Assembly: GCF_006345805.1 (NCBI RefSeq)
Contig: NC_043009.1
Coordinates: 47,182,001 to 47,246,000 of the forward strand
Direction: 5' to 3'
Length of the DNA: 64,000 bases
From: Octopus sinensis
Lineage: Eukaryota
A program made the translations under genes and the position numbers. Below the pieces are notes generated by a model. The model did no database searches. It saw only the letters and a list, made by a program, of their open reading frames with translations, and was not told the DNA's origin. This document shows positions 62,032 through 64,000 of the stretch, one piece after another (position 1 is the stretch's first letter; each line of letters begins with the position of its first letter).

Positions 62032-63269
62032 GTATGTTCTGGTTAAATTATATATCATTTAGTATAAGATTTAAAATTGCATTAGCTTAGTGTAGTGTGT
62101 TCAAACATAGCATAGTTTATCACTTTGGGTTAAAAGTGAAGTCAACTCTGGCTTTACATCACATCCTTCTAGGAATGGTAAAATAATTACTATATTGCAG
62201 TTTTTGTACCTTTGTTAAATCAATATTTATATCTACATTTAAATTGATTTCTGATTGTCATCGGGTATTATATTTCTGGACATGTACACAGGTGTGTACG
62301 TAGTACTGGTATATTTGACATAGAATTTATGTAAAAATCCTATGTTAAAACAAATACAATTTTTATGTAATTAATTAAATATACTTCACGATCCTTTATC
62401 CAAAGTTCCAAATTCCAAAGCGTTTTCTTGTGAGAGAAACACTAATAGTAGAGAAATTTCTGAATGTATTCGGATTTTTAAAGCGATATGTTGTAGACAA
62501 GCAGAAGTGAAAGTAATGTGTGGCTGTTATGAGGTTGACAGAATGGAGTAAAAGTCTAATATTTGTAGTATTCCTTGTATCACAGAAACAATGTGGTTCT
62601 GAAAAATCTTGCTGCAAAGTGAAACAATTTTTCCATTGACGTTAGGAAGGGCATCCAACCATAGAAACTATGCCAAAGTAAATATTGGAGTGTGAGTTCT
62701 TTGGATCATCAGCTCCTGTCAAACTGTCTAACCCATGTCGACATGGAAAAATGGACATTAAATGACGATGATTTTTGTGTTGCAAGGAGGTCAACGGGAA
62801 ATTCATTTTGCATTCTGGAATTCCACATTACAGCAGGAATTTTTAGGAATGTAACACTTCTGTAATACAGGGGATGTTTGAAGGTGGGTTTGCTTTGGTT
62901 AAAAGTGAAATGTTCTCACAAATCAGTTACATACGCAAAAGTGGGCTTGCAATAAATTTATATAAAATTACCTTCACAGAATATGTATCAACTGTTCTTT
63001 GAAATATAAATGGACAATGTGTTTAGATTTGGGTTCTGCATCCAAGCTTGCCCATTTTGTAAAGGCATATAACCATTCCAAAATGCCCCACAAAACGAAA
63101 TTTAAAACACAAATTCCAAGCACTTTGGATAAAAGATTGTCAACTATATAAACTGTTCTTTTGTCAGTTATTGTTTCGCTTGAATCCTCAATAACTTAAC
63201 CAGTTCTCTACTGTATCTGTTTATCACTTGGTTATATATTGAATCCTTCTTCATTCTTTGACAATTTAG

Positions 63270-63527
63270 CTCTCTATACTGAATGCTTACCAAGGTGACA
63301 AAGAAAACTTGGGAAATCCAGAAAAGTTCTATTTGTTGTTATCAAAAGTCCCCAACATTCATCTATGCATTGATGGCATGTTACTGAAGGAAGAGCGGAC
63401 AGTGTTAATGCAAACTCTAAAACCGAACATTGAAACTTTGAAGAAAACCTGTCAAGTTCTGATAGAAAACAAAAACCTTAAGGCTTTCTTTGCAATCAGT
63501 CTTGATGTTGGTAACTATATGAACTCT
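63270..63527 (+). CDS. INF2: INF2-like formin, exon 9 (FH2 coiled coil to GNYMN motif)
   Basis: TTTAG|CTC...TCT|GTAAGT, 258 nt, phase 0 to 0. Reads LSILNAYQGDKENLGNPEKFY...LDVGNYMNS; the gene continues beyond the window. Confidence 0.92.
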
Positions 63528-63666
63528 GTAAGTTATATTTTATTCCAGATCTAAGTAGGTTATCACCCAGTATTTTTAACATCTGTGACATTTGTTGATA
63601 TTTAGCTAAGAACTGAAAATAGTCAAATTTTGTAAGGAATCTTTGCAGTTCCAATACTTGATGAGA

Positions 63667-63709
63667 ATAGCTGTCATAGTTACTGATGAGCCAAAACGTC
63701 TACAGCTAT
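63667..63709 (+). other. Degenerate hammerhead-like motif
   Basis: ATAGCTGT..TA-CTGATGA-GCC-AAAAC-GTC-TACAGCTAT: stem I intact, stem II collapsed, G12 changed to A. Confidence 0.35.
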
Positions 63710-64000
63710 AAAAATATAATCCAGAAGTATTTAAGACATAAATAATATAAGCAATTCTTTCAGACACTTGCCATTACAATTTACATTCTCTTAAGATCCT
63801 TTGTCTAACATTGAGAAGGTTTTGTGCAGGATCAATTTGGATACTTAAACTTATTCTATCACTCAGTTTCATTGGATGCTTTTCACAGATCCCAGTTTTG
63901 AGATCAGTTTTCAAGTATTAAGACAACTTCTTTTCACAAATCACTAAGGTCTGGAGCAAAAGGCAGTGACCGGTCCTTTGCAGACCCTCCTATACTGGTT

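Overview
AT-rich, microsatellite- and retroposon-dense eukaryotic DNA, most likely an octopus genome (inferred from the SINE families and repeat landscape; not verified by search). The window holds the 5' ~1,362 codons of one plus-strand, multi-exon INF2-like formin gene. Nine coding exons can be joined with GT-AG junctions and consistent phases (190-1063, 17744-17859, 34183-34342, 43036-43217, 52950-53029, 54120-56215, 61143-61303, 61873-62031, 63270-63527), encoding GBD/DID, a dimerisation region, a long linker, FH1 and the first part of FH2; the gene continues past the window. The introns contain at least three tRNA-derived SINE groups (here B, C/C2, and A/D/E which share one head), dead RTE, CR1/L2 and Penelope-like retroelements, a mariner, a Chapaev3-like DNA transposon, Helitron/HINE-like elements and two long foldback palindromes. 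Most notable are the self-cleaving-ribozyme-like motifs in the introns: two near-complete type I hammerheads (12598-12689 minus, 28633-28692 plus), two degenerate hammerheads, and a CPEB3-like HDV-fold core at the 5' end of an RTE fragment (35630-35679 minus). An intronic partial copy of exon 6 also stands out. All family names come from recognised motifs, not database searches.
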